DNA from: an uncultured Pseudomonadota bacterium
GTDB taxonomy: Bacteria > SAR324 > NAC60-12
Reading direction: 5' to 3'
DNA length: 52,243 nt
NCBI GenBank assembly: GCA_913052275.1
Contig: CAJXDX010000001.1
Span: forward strand, 1-52,243
Shown here: one piece after another, positions 1 through 9,045 of the stretch
How positions within the stretch are numbered: the first letter of the stretch is position 1
How the letters are laid out: each line of letters begins with the position of its first letter
The notes under the pieces: generated by a model
What the model was told of the DNA's origin: nothing
The model's database searches: none
The model's input: the letters and a program-made list of their open reading frames with translations, nothing else
Made by a program: the position numbers and the translations under genes

Positions 1-49
1 GTGCAAAGGTATTTGTTTCATGTTGAAATCCGGCAATAAGTATTTTCAT
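1..49 (-). CDS. 5' end (16 codons) of a gene running off the left edge; N-terminus resembles MlrC/M81-family (DUF1485) metallopeptidases
   Basis: The reverse strand from the ATG at 49-47 reads MKILIAGFQHETNTFA, with no stop before the window edge. The GFxHETNTF start is what I recall for MlrC-like proteins. With only 16 residues, the family call is weak. Confidence 0.3.
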   Translation of the reverse strand, partial: MKILIAGFQHETNTFA

Positions 50-177
50 GCTGAACTGCGCAGAAGAGTTTACTCTCCTGGTAATAAGGAATGCTGGAAT
101 TTATGGATTAAATCAAACCGGCTTTTTTTGAAGAAAGCTAAGGTTTTCAGAAATTAATGAAGGGAAACTTTTGTTAA

Positions 178-1035
178 TCAGAACCCACGGATTTGAAACA
201 GCGACTGTTCAACAGCATTGCGGATACGTTCACTGTCATGCTGGCTGTAGCTTTCCAGCATTTCGATCCCCTGCTTTGCTTTGAGCAATCCAAGAATCCG
301 GATCAGTCTCTCAGTAACCAGCAAATCTCCAGACTTTTTCTGCTTTTGAAGTGCAGTTATAGTTGCCTCTACGGCGTTGCTTCCAAGGTTTCTCATTGCT
401 TCAACAACCTGTTCTGCAACTTCCTCATCAGCAAGATAAGGCATCATCAGTGTGGCAACACGGGGATTTTTGATTTGGCGCAGTATTTCAAATGTGTCGC
501 GATTCTCAAAGAAAGAACGGCCCTTGAGCAGTTTACTGATGGAATCAGCAATTTCCGGTCCGACAGCAATCAGTAATTCCTTGTAAGCGGCACGAATTCC
601 ACTTTGATTTGATGAATCATATCGGGACACAATCACATCTATTGCGGGCTTTCCATACTCTCTGAAAGCATCTGCCAGAGCCCTTAACATATCCGAATTG
701 GATTCAGTCGCCATGTCAGCAAGATCCTCAATGGCAGGTTCATATTTGACCTTCCCCAGATTCCGCACTACTTCTCGGAGAACACGCGCATCAGTTTCAA
801 CAATACGCTCATGCAGTGCAGGACCTGCTTGTGGACCGCCAATTGATCCAATCAGCTTTACTGCTCGAAGTCGCACTTTTGGACTGTCATCCTCCAGCAA
901 AGAAATAGCCATTTCGAGTGCTTCCTGTTTTTCACCCTGGCGGTAAAGCGATTCAGCTTTTTCGATGCTGGAGCATCCCACGGCAAACAACATGATTAAC
1001 ATTATCCAGGCGACATTTTTTCTGATTGCACGCAT
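178..1035 (-). CDS. HEAT-repeat lipoprotein (function unknown)
   Basis: 285-aa ORF. Signal peptide plus lipobox (IMLFAVGC-SS). Repeated helical units of the HEAT/PBS-lyase type (VRLRAVKLIGSIGG, VLREVVRNLGKV, RIRNAVEQSL). Confidence 0.6.
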   Translation of the reverse strand: MRAIRKNVAWIMLIMLFAVGCSSIEKAESLYRQGEKQEALEMAISLLEDDSPKVRLRAVKLIGSIGGPQAGPALHERIVETDARVLREVVRNLGKVKYEPAIEDLADMATESNSDMLRALADAFREYGKPAIDVIVSRYDSSNQSGIRAAYKELLIAVGPEIADSISKLLKGRSFFENRDTFEILRQIKNPRVATLMMPYLADEEVAEQVVEAMRNLGSNAVEATITALQKQKKSGDLLVTERLIRILGLLKAKQGIEMLESYSQHDSERIRNAVEQSLFQIRGF

Positions 1036-1100
1036 AAGATTTCCTTATTTTGTAAGTTATTATTAACTGAATTGTGGCAATTTATGATAAACGAACATCA

Positions 1101-2462
1101 TTATTCTTCATCAGGAATTCTTGCAAAAACAAGGTCCGTTAAATCAGGAGCAACAATCGGTTCCCTCGCGTTGATTCCTTCAGAATCGAGTATTTCCATA
1201 ATTTTATCTCCAAGATCCTCCACTTTTCCTGCGTGGCGCACAACGATCGTCACAATTGTCGGTACAGAATTGTCGAAGCTTATGTAGCGGAATTCATCAT
1301 CTTGAATTTGCTTCAGTTTTGTGCGGAGCTTTCGTACCTCCTTGCTTTTAAAATCCTTCAGTACCAGTTCAAAGGCAATCAGGCGTCTACCGCTGATTGA
1401 AATTGTGGACATTTCCTTGATCACCTGGGGGATGAATTCTTTCTGCATTTCTTCATAAGTGTCATTAACGAGACCGGCGATCATTGCTGAAGTAATCACA
1501 TTCGGTCCGCCACGTCTCGCAACATTGATTACGGTATTTGCAAAAGCCCCTCCCCGTCCAGTGGAAACATTCTTGGCGGTCACGTTCAGTGAGAGTGCAA
1601 GGTCACCCTTGATATTTCCGCTTACGGACATGATATTTACTTCCACTACAACTTTAGCCATCTGCTTTAGCAGACTTAAACCGGTGGTGTAAAACTGTTC
1701 CGCGTCCTGGATTTGAGTGGCAAGCAAGGCTCTGTCAGCAGGACTTCCGGAAACAATTGCCATGAACTGTTCCTTGGAAATTTTAGCAAACTTCTTTTTT
1801 ACTTTTTCATCTGTTTGCATAGATGTCACAGCGTTCCTAAAATCCATTGCGCGTAATCCACGCTGATTCAAATCAGTTTGAATTTGATTCATCATTACAT
1901 CCTCCAAATCCCTGAAGGTGAAACCGGAACCACTGAGATCAATATCCTTTCTGCTGGTAATAACCGGCACCAATGTGCTGGCGCTGTTGTTTATAAGCTT
2001 GAGGTCTTTCTGCAGAGCAACAAGCACCCTCTGGCGGTTAACCTTGTGAGCTGTATCCAGACCGTAATATTTGCCGCCAAAGATCTTTTTCTCGTCATTG
2101 ACTTCGCTGCTGTCAATATATTTTTGAACATTTTTTGAAAGATATTTTTCTATTTCTTCAAAATTGTTGTTGTAATCCTCATCAGGCAACAATTCGCGTA
2201 CCATTGCGTCAACAGCCTGTGTACTGGCGATTTCCATGGCCTTTGCTTTTGCTGCACGTATGTCGTTGCGCTTGATAAAGGCTTTGGATTTTATGCGGAT
2301 CACACGGACGTCCGGAGAGTCCTCCTTCAGAGTGACGCGCCCGCTCAAATCAGCCAGCGTGAGAAATTCCTCTGGTTTTGGCTCCTGCTTTTTTGCGGCA
2401 CATCCGCTGAGAAGTATTGTCAAGATCAGTAGAGATGAAATTATAAAATTCTTATTTAGCAT
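1101..2462 (-). CDS. large lipoprotein of unknown function (LPP20/FlgT_N-like N-terminal pattern)
   Basis: The ORF runs 1101..2477. The likely start is the ATG at 2462 (MLNKNFIISSLLILTILLSGC-AAKK, a perfect L-S-G-C lipobox). The N-terminal segment RAAKAKAMEIASTQAVDAMVRELL resembles LPP20/FlgT_N-type domains. It lies 65 bp upstream of the HEAT lipoprotein on the same strand. Confidence 0.55.
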   Translation of the reverse strand: MLNKNFIISSLLILTILLSGCAAKKQEPKPEEFLTLADLSGRVTLKEDSPDVRVIRIKSKAFIKRNDIRAAKAKAMEIASTQAVDAMVRELLPDEDYNNNFEEIEKYLSKNVQKYIDSSEVNDEKKIFGGKYYGLDTAHKVNRQRVLVALQKDLKLINNSASTLVPVITSRKDIDLSGSGFTFRDLEDVMMNQIQTDLNQRGLRAMDFRNAVTSMQTDEKVKKKFAKISKEQFMAIVSGSPADRALLATQIQDAEQFYTTGLSLLKQMAKVVVEVNIMSVSGNIKGDLALSLNVTAKNVSTGRGGAFANTVINVARRGGPNVITSAMIAGLVNDTYEEMQKEFIPQVIKEMSTISISGRRLIAFELVLKDFKSKEVRKLRTKLKQIQDDEFRYISFDNSVPTIVTIVVRHAGKVEDLGDKIMEILDSEGINAREPIVAPDLTDLVFARIPDEE

Positions 2463-2769
2463 TTTGGCTCCTGTCATTTTATGAGGAGGATTAATTATTA
2501 CCTGGTAATCGTTACTGATGAAATTAGAGATAATAAATTGAGCATATGTTTACTATTCACGTGAATCATTGTCAGGCATTAAAATTAAAACAATTAATGA
2601 TTAAATTAAATACAATTATTTAATTTTTGATCCCATGTTGAGAACAATTTGTTAATGCCTTGAAATTGCTTCCTCAGTACAATCAGTTGATATGGATAAA
2701 ACTAATTGGTTCGGGATTGCGCATTTTGCTAAAAACTGTGAATCTTGAATGTAACATTTTACGTGATTA

Positions 2770-3609
2770 ATGAAAAGGGGATATTTGTTTATGACAAGAA
2801 TTGCCATTATTTATTTTGCAGTATCTTTCTTAATTCCTGTTTTAACAGCCGTCGCGTATTATCCTCTCAGCTGGGACGATTTAATGTACCAGATGGAATC
2901 GCGCATGAGCTGGAAGCGTTTGAAAATGGAGACCGTTGTTCAGGTATTTGATCCATTTGCTAAAACTGAGGAAAACGATATTCCAGAACATCCTGTTGAA
3001 ATACCGGCGAGAGGATACAAACAGATGATTCATTGGAAAGATGGAGAAGTACTTGTGGTAGAAACCTACAGTATGAATGGACAGTTATTACATTTTTACT
3101 ATGAATACAATGAAGATTTACTGTCAGTTTCTTTGAATGATAACCGAACTTTTGAAGCAGAAGACATTATGCCGGTGCAGCTGCGTTTTCGTTCCAAATT
3201 TGGTGAAATCCGAAGCAAAGCGCTGCAGGAAGTTGGAATTGTAAATAAAGAAATAGCCTATCACATTCGGGAAGACAATCATGTTTTTTTAAGGATAGGA
3301 GATTTGGAGTCAGGACACTATGCGCTTTTGAATCCAAAAACCTATGATTTATCAGCTGTTCACAACAGAATCTGGAAGCCAGACGGAAGCTGGCTTGATT
3401 TAAAAATTATCTTCAAAAATTATGAAAAGTATCGCTGGCAGACTTATCCAAAGGTGACAGAATATTTTTTGGATGAACAGTTGTTTAAGCGAGTTTCTGT
3501 GAGCAGTGTACGCACAATTTCCCGTGTGCCGATAAAAAGACTTAAAGACATGGCGACAAAATTACGTCACAAACAAATTGCAACTCTCAAATATGACTAT
3601 GCTCTTTAA
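2770..3609 (+). CDS. membrane-anchored hypothetical protein
   Basis: 279-aa ORF with one N-terminal TM/signal anchor (IAIIYFAVSFLIPVLTAVAYY) and no motif I recognise. Its 3' end overlaps the start of the SurA-like gene, which implies co-transcription. Confidence 0.5.
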   Translation: MKRGYLFMTRIAIIYFAVSFLIPVLTAVAYYPLSWDDLMYQMESRMSWKRLKMETVVQVFDPFAKTEENDIPEHPVEIPARGYKQMIHWKDGEVLVVETYSMNGQLLHFYYEYNEDLLSVSLNDNRTFEAEDIMPVQLRFRSKFGEIRSKALQEVGIVNKEIAYHIREDNHVFLRIGDLESGHYALLNPKTYDLSAVHNRIWKPDGSWLDLKIIFKNYEKYRWQTYPKVTEYFLDEQLFKRVSVSSVRTISRVPIKRLKDMATKLRHKQIATLKYDYAL

Positions 3610-4663
3610 TCATATTTTACGTTATCTGGCAGCTTTTTGCGGACTTGTTTTTGTAGTTTTGCTTAATGTGCATGCCGAAACTATTGTGGTTGACCGAATT
3701 TATTTGATTGTCAACAGCCAGATGCTAACTCGCAGTGAGGCGCAGGATGTTAAGTCAGCAATTATGTCTCAAAAATCATCAGGGGAAAAAACACAGGTTG
3801 AGCTGGATAATCAATTGCTGATGAACCTGATGCAGGAAATGCTGTTGCTTGACCGTGCGAATGCCTTGAAAATCGTACCGATGGAGAATGAAATTGATTC
3901 ACGTTTGAACAGTCTTGCAGATGAGCAGCCACAATTACTGGATATATATTCTGAGGAAGATTTAAAAGAACAACTGGTGAGGGATTTCAAAAAACATCGT
4001 GTGATTAGCAGGGAGGTGGACTCAAAAATTCACGTTAATTCGCTGGATATTGAAAATTTTTGCTATCGGCAAATGCGTAATCAAAGAAAAATAGGGCTTG
4101 CACAAATACTTTTACAGGGTTCCGAAGAAGAAATAAGCAAGCAGGTTGATACAATTCTGCAGGAGTTCGAAAACGGTGTTCCCTTTGAAGAACTGGCAAA
4201 GAGCTACTCGGCAGATTCAAGTGCAAAACAAACAGGAGGCAAGCTTGGAGTTTTTAAGCCTGGAGATTTGCTGGAGGCAATAGGGGAGGTTACTAAAAAT
4301 TTGGAGCCCGGACAAATCAGCGAGATTGTTGAAACAAATATGGGGAAACATCTACTTTATATTTACAAGCAAGACTTTCCACCGGGACTGGATTGTCAGA
4401 ATCTCTCAGAAGAACAAAGAGCAGACTATTCCAATGTTTTACATAAACAAAAACGTGAAGGGTTATTAGATACCTATATGAATGAACTTTATGCCTGCGC
4501 AAATATTGAAATTAAAGATCCGGGTGCTTCAGGACTACCTGACGCTTTGTCATTGCCTGAAGTCAAGGCAGAAAATGTAAATTGCCAGGCTCGCAGGTTT
4601 ATGGTGATTCCACAGAAAAAAAAGAAAAATAAAAAGAGAGCTGGAAGGAACGCAAAAAGCTGA
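3593..4663 (+). CDS. SurA-like periplasmic chaperone / parvulin-type peptidyl-prolyl isomerase
   Basis: The ORF runs 3578..4663 with a TTG at 3578 and ATGs at 3593 and 3599. It has a signal peptide (LAAFCGLVFVVLLNVHA-ET) and a SurA_N-like region (VDRIYLIVNSQMLTRSE). The parvulin/rotamase block is GGKLGVFKPGDLLEAIGEVTKNLEPGQISEIVETNMGKHLLYI. The C-terminal tail is unusually Lys-rich (KKKKNKKRAGRNAKS). Confidence 0.7.
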   Translation: MTMLFNHILRYLAAFCGLVFVVLLNVHAETIVVDRIYLIVNSQMLTRSEAQDVKSAIMSQKSSGEKTQVELDNQLLMNLMQEMLLLDRANALKIVPMENEIDSRLNSLADEQPQLLDIYSEEDLKEQLVRDFKKHRVISREVDSKIHVNSLDIENFCYRQMRNQRKIGLAQILLQGSEEEISKQVDTILQEFENGVPFEELAKSYSADSSAKQTGGKLGVFKPGDLLEAIGEVTKNLEPGQISEIVETNMGKHLLYIYKQDFPPGLDCQNLSEEQRADYSNVLHKQKREGLLDTYMNELYACANIEIKDPGASGLPDALSLPEVKAENVNCQARRFMVIPQKKKKNKKRAGRNAKS

Positions 4664-4772
4664 AATGATTTAAGAATATCGTTTCATGGTTCTGAAATAT
4701 CGAATCAGTCTTCTAAGTGAAATTAGAAAAAATTATATCCACCTGTCAGCTTCAACTGTACAGATTCAGAAG

Positions 4773-5654
4773 TTACCCATCAGCTTTCAGCGAATTGTAA
4801 AGTTCAAAAGCTTTTTCTGCAGTTTCATTTTCATGAACAACAGACCTAACAGCCTTGATCATGGCAACCGGAGCTTCTGATTGAAAGATGTTTCGACCCA
4901 TGTCCACACCGGCGGCACCCTGCTGTATTGCGTTATAAGCCATTTTCAAAGCATCCGATTCAGGAATTTTTTTGCCTCCAGCAATAACTATAGGCACAGG
5001 ACAACTGGCCGTGACAGTTTCAAAATCCTTTTCTACATAATAAGTTTTTATGTAATGAGCACCTAATTCCGCGCATATGCGTGTTGCCAGCCGGAAGTAT
5101 CTGGCATCACGCACCATATCCTTACCTACTGCGGTAACAGCCAAAGTTGGAATTCCGTACCGAGTTCCCTGATCAACAAGCCTGGTCATATTGATGATGG
5201 ACTGTTTTTCGTGTTCACCACCTATAAAAACCTGAACAGCCATGGCTGAGACATTCATCCGGATTGAATCCTCGATATCCACCGCAATTTCCTCGTTGGA
5301 TAATTCCTTTAGCATACTGGTTCCGCCGGATGCACGCATCACAATGGATTGTGTAAATGAAGGCGGCACAATACTGCGTAATATTCCGCGTGTCAGCATC
5401 AGAGTGTCCGCGTAGGGTGCGAGCGGCATTATTTTGACGTCGATACGTTCCAGACCTGTGGTTGCTCCCTGAAAATAACCGTGATCAAAGGCCAGCATTA
5501 CTGTGCGTCCCGTTTTTGGGTTAAATATTCGCGCCAACCGGTTTTGCATTCCCCAATCAATCGCGTTCAACCCTTTGAGGTAAAAAGCATCTGATTTCTG
5601 TGGAATGTCAAGGTAGTATTCTTTCGTATCTTTTAATTCATCTAAATCAGCCAT
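4773..5654 (-). CDS. DhnA/LsrF-family class I aldolase; closest by memory to LsrF (3-hydroxy-5-phosphonooxypentane-2,4-dione thiolase)
   Basis: 293 aa. It aligns by eye along nearly its whole length to E. coli LsrF as I remember it (MADLD..., [87 protein letters not shown]). No lsr transporter, lsrK or lsrG gene is nearby. Confidence 0.8.
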   Translation of the reverse strand: MADLDELKDTKEYYLDIPQKSDAFYLKGLNAIDWGMQNRLARIFNPKTGRTVMLAFDHGYFQGATTGLERIDVKIMPLAPYADTLMLTRGILRSIVPPSFTQSIVMRASGGTSMLKELSNEEIAVDIEDSIRMNVSAMAVQVFIGGEHEKQSIINMTRLVDQGTRYGIPTLAVTAVGKDMVRDARYFRLATRICAELGAHYIKTYYVEKDFETVTASCPVPIVIAGGKKIPESDALKMAYNAIQQGAAGVDMGRNIFQSEAPVAMIKAVRSVVHENETAEKAFELYNSLKADG

Positions 5655-5684
5655 TTGTGTATTGTATATTTTAAAGTAAGAGTT

Positions 5685-7709
5685 TTAAATGACACGTTCA
5701 TTGCCCCCGTCAATTGGAATTTGCGCGCCTGTGGTTTTCGCGAAGACTGAACCTGCCATTGCACAGACCATCCGCGCCACTTCAATTGTTTTAACATCAG
5801 TTTTCAGAATATTCCTGCTTTTGTATTCTTCTACGGTTAATCCGTAACGCCTTGCGGACCTTCCCAGCGCTTTTGAAGTCCATAGACCTGTATCATAAAC
5901 ACAGTCAGGATGAATAATATTTACTCTTATACCATATTCACCCAATTCAAGAGCCGCAATCCTTGCCAATTGAGTCTGCCCTGCTTTAGGCACTGAGTAG
6001 GCAGACGCTCCAGGTCCAGGAGCAGGAACATTTCTTGAGGCGATAAAAACAACTGACGGATCAATACCTTCCTTCAAAAACGGCACACAGGACTGCAATA
6101 ACTGCTGAGGTGCGGTTAAATTTGTCTTCAGGCTTTTGTTCCAGGTTTCATCTTCCATTTCTTCGATGGTCTGTCCTGCAGGAAAAGTTCCGGCATTCAA
6201 AACAAGAATGTCTATGCCGCCAAAATATTGTACAGTTTTTGCCACTGCCTTTGCAACAGCATGTTTTTCCGTAACATCACACTGAATACCCAATATGTGT
6301 GTGCTGCCGGATTTAGTATGTTCCGAAAGGATGTTATTTATTTCAGGATTTATATCCAGCCCGGCTACCGCCGCACCCTGTTGGTTAAAATGTTCAGCAC
6401 AAGCAAGTCCGATTCCGCTGGCAGCCCCTGTAACGACAGCAATTTTTCCCTCAAATTCCGGAGGCTGGGATTCTGTTTTTAATTTTGCCTGTTGTAATTC
6501 CCAATACTCTGCCTCAAAGAGATGATCTTCAGAGATAGGTTTCCAGCCGCGGCAATTTAAGGAATTCATATTTTCCGCCTGTTGAATTGCTTTCGCAGTA
6601 TGCATAGCGATGTCTGAGATTATTTCAGTTTCATCCGGGTTCCCTCCGAAAGATACAATACCCTGTTCAGGCCAGACGCCCCAGCGTGGTGCGCTGTCCA
6701 GGCGGGTTTGTTTTCCGTCTGTGTGTCGATCAAAATAAGCTTCATATTTGGAAGCAAAGTCTTCAATGCTTTTCTCCACATTTTTCTGGTTAAGATACAT
6801 CGGAGCAGGTTTGGTACGGATAAGATGATCCGAGGTAATAGGACCGCGAGTGGAAATCTTTTTTACGTTCGGCAAACCGGAAAAAACTCGTGCTTCCGGA
6901 CTGTTATTTAACCTCGCAAGTGAAGCGGCCCCTCGGATGTTGGAGACCTTTTTTCTGATACGTGCAAGTTTTCTTAAGGTTTCCTGATGTAATGCTGGTG
7001 CTTTTTTCTTAATATTATTTTTTGGCAAGGAAGAATGTTTTTTCAGAAACTTTTCTGCCAGCGTAACTGCATTGATCATTCTTTCATAACTCTCATGTGC
7101 TTCTGCACCAAATGAAATTATGCCATGATTCAGCAGAATCATTCCTTCGTATTGTTGCCAGTCCACCTTCTGCGTAATTTCAAAAACCTTGCGAGCCAGT
7201 TTGAAACCTGGCATTACATACGGAATGATAAGCAAACGGTCACCGTAAACATCTTGAATTAATTTCTCTCCTTTTGGTGTATTTGTTAAAGTGACAACAG
7301 CATCAGCATGGGTATGGTCGATCCAGCTAAAGGGAATGATAGCGTGAAGAAGAGCTTCTACTGAGGGACTGGGGGCATCCGGATTGGTCATGGCAAGCTG
7401 CTGTTCACGTACCATCATTGTGTCGCTGATATGCACAAGCTCCGCCAGTTTCTTCATATTTGTCAGACGAAGCGGAGTGAATCCTTCTGCATCAATTGTG
7501 GCTAAATTCCTGCCGCTCCCTTTAACGTACAGGATATCTTCTTCTTCTCCAAATATGTTTGTTTCACGGAGCTTTACTGAAGTATTGCCTCCACCGTGCA
7601 GCACCAGGTCTGAATCAAGTCCAAGCAGTTGTGAAGAATAAACACGCAGCTGTAGGGAGTTTTCTTCAAGCCTGGAAGCTGTTTTTTGATCCCACAGGTT
7701 TTTCATCAA
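5685..7709 (-). CDS. bifunctional class II aldolase/adducin-domain + short-chain dehydrogenase fusion (RhaEW/YuxG-type)
   Basis: 674 aa. The N-terminal half has LHGGGNTSVK and IDHTHADAVV (class II aldolase metal/His motifs). The C-terminal roughly 250 aa is an SDR (VVTGAASGIGLA, LVLNAGT, YSVPKAG = YxxxK). There is a 30-bp gap to the LsrF-like gene. Confidence 0.8.
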   Translation of the reverse strand: MMKNLWDQKTASRLEENSLQLRVYSSQLLGLDSDLVLHGGGNTSVKLRETNIFGEEEDILYVKGSGRNLATIDAEGFTPLRLTNMKKLAELVHISDTMMVREQQLAMTNPDAPSPSVEALLHAIIPFSWIDHTHADAVVTLTNTPKGEKLIQDVYGDRLLIIPYVMPGFKLARKVFEITQKVDWQQYEGMILLNHGIISFGAEAHESYERMINAVTLAEKFLKKHSSLPKNNIKKKAPALHQETLRKLARIRKKVSNIRGAASLARLNNSPEARVFSGLPNVKKISTRGPITSDHLIRTKPAPMYLNQKNVEKSIEDFASKYEAYFDRHTDGKQTRLDSAPRWGVWPEQGIVSFGGNPDETEIISDIAMHTAKAIQQAENMNSLNCRGWKPISEDHLFEAEYWELQQAKLKTESQPPEFEGKIAVVTGAASGIGLACAEHFNQQGAAVAGLDINPEINNILSEHTKSGSTHILGIQCDVTEKHAVAKAVAKTVQYFGGIDILVLNAGTFPAGQTIEEMEDETWNKSLKTNLTAPQQLLQSCVPFLKEGIDPSVVFIASRNVPAPGPGASAYSVPKAGQTQLARIAALELGEYGIRVNIIHPDCVYDTGLWTSKALGRSARRYGLTVEEYKSRNILKTDVKTIEVARMVCAMAGSVFAKTTGAQIPIDGGNERVI

Positions 7710-7724
7710 AATAGGTTACATGAA

Positions 7725-8768
7725 CTAAAGATATTTATTCTGCAGATTTTCTTTATATGGAGGCCCTATAATTCCTTTGTCCGTAATCAGGCCAGTTACT
7801 AAATCATTCGGAGTTACGTCAAAAGCAGGATTTTGGGCTTTCATATTTTCAGGAGCTGTTCTCTGCAGTCCGAAATTTGTTACTTCTTCTGTCTTCCTTT
7901 GCTCGATCAAAATATCCTTGCCTTGCTTTGTTTTAAAGTCAATCGTGGAGTATGGACAAGCCACGTAAAAGGGAATTTCAAAATGTCTGGCCATGATGGC
8001 TAATCCATGAGTACCGATCTTATTGGCTACATCCCCGTTAGCAGCCACGCGGTCGGTTCCTGTAATAACCAAATCAATCAGTCCCTGTGACATAATATGA
8101 GCCGCCATATTGTCTGTTAGAAGGGTAACGTCCAGTCCGGACTGTTGAAGTTCCCAGCTTGTCAAACGAGCTCCCTGAAGCAGCGGGCGTGTTTCACTGG
8201 AGTACACTCGAAAGCTAATCTTTTCACGGTGTGCCAAATACATTGGAGCAGTGGCGGTACCAATCCCTGTAGTTGCCAGAGCACCTGCATTACAGTGTGT
8301 CATTACACCCATGTCTTTTTTAATCAGTGAAACACCGTATTTACCAATGTCCAGGCAAAGCTGTTCATCCTCATTATGAATGCGAATTGCTTCCTCCTCC
8401 AGGTACTTGAATAATTCTTTTGAATCGTCTCCAGAAAATGATTTTGCGTATTCCAGCATTCGGTCCAGTGCCCATTTTAAATTGACAGCCGTTGGCCGGG
8501 CACTGTCCAGATATGCTGCTTTAGCTTTAATTAACTCATTAAATCTATTTTTATGCAGCTCTGTTTTATCCCGAATTGCCAAAAGTAAACCGTATGCTCC
8601 TGCTACTCCGATTGCAGGAGCCCCTCTTACTTTGAGCTGCTTAATAGAATCCCAGACCTGTTCCACAGTTTCCTGCTTTTCTTCCACCACTTTGTGAGGC
8701 AGCAGTGTTTGATCAAGGAAGTATAATTCTCCTGAGTTCCAGCGAATGGTCTGAGGTAGAGATAACAT
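7725..8768 (-). CDS. mtnA: S-methyl-5-thioribose-1-phosphate isomerase family (eIF-2B alpha/beta/delta-like)
   Basis: 347 aa. MtnA-type N-terminus (IRWNSGELYFLDQTLLPHK), LKVRGAPAIGVAGAYGL, RPTAVNL, THCNAGALAT, GTDRVAANGDVANKIGT, NPAFDVTP. There is a 15-bp gap to the aldolase/SDR gene. Confidence 0.8.
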   Translation of the reverse strand: MLSLPQTIRWNSGELYFLDQTLLPHKVVEEKQETVEQVWDSIKQLKVRGAPAIGVAGAYGLLLAIRDKTELHKNRFNELIKAKAAYLDSARPTAVNLKWALDRMLEYAKSFSGDDSKELFKYLEEEAIRIHNEDEQLCLDIGKYGVSLIKKDMGVMTHCNAGALATTGIGTATAPMYLAHREKISFRVYSSETRPLLQGARLTSWELQQSGLDVTLLTDNMAAHIMSQGLIDLVITGTDRVAANGDVANKIGTHGLAIMARHFEIPFYVACPYSTIDFKTKQGKDILIEQRKTEEVTNFGLQRTAPENMKAQNPAFDVTPNDLVTGLITDKGIIGPPYKENLQNKYL

Positions 8769-9045
8769 AGTAGTTTGAAAAATTATTAAATGAAAATGTT
8801 GAAGTGTTTTATCAGCAGAATATCACAGCACAACCAATTGCATTGCTCAAATCAAAAACATTAAAAGCACAGCCTGGTATTTAATTTCGAAGCTTACTCA
8901 AACTATGTTAACTATTTGTTTAGCTTGTTGTTTTTTCACCAAAATATTACATTTACAATTCAATCTTAAACAGTATTTTGATTGAGAATTCAAACAAATT
9001 AAAGCTGTTCTAATTGCCTAAGCAGTCTTTTCCTTTGCATTTTTG

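Noticed and set aside
2701-2725. ggttcgggattgc, superficially like a tRNA T-arm (GGTTCGAATCC)
   Set aside because: No acceptor stem, D-arm or anticodon arm can be built from the flanking sequence. I found no tRNA anywhere in the window.
4662-4685. 8-bp hairpin (gaaatgat / atcgtttc, 8-nt loop) overlapping the SurA-like stop codon; possible terminator
   Set aside because: The stem is AU-rich with a G-U pair and is not followed by a T-run. Not convincing as an intrinsic terminator.
8769-9045. Looked for a SAM riboswitch or other leader upstream of the mtnA-like operon (minus strand) and of pyk
   Set aside because: No SAM-I or SAM-II-like conserved core could be recognised by eye. A covariance-model scan would be needed to exclude one formally.
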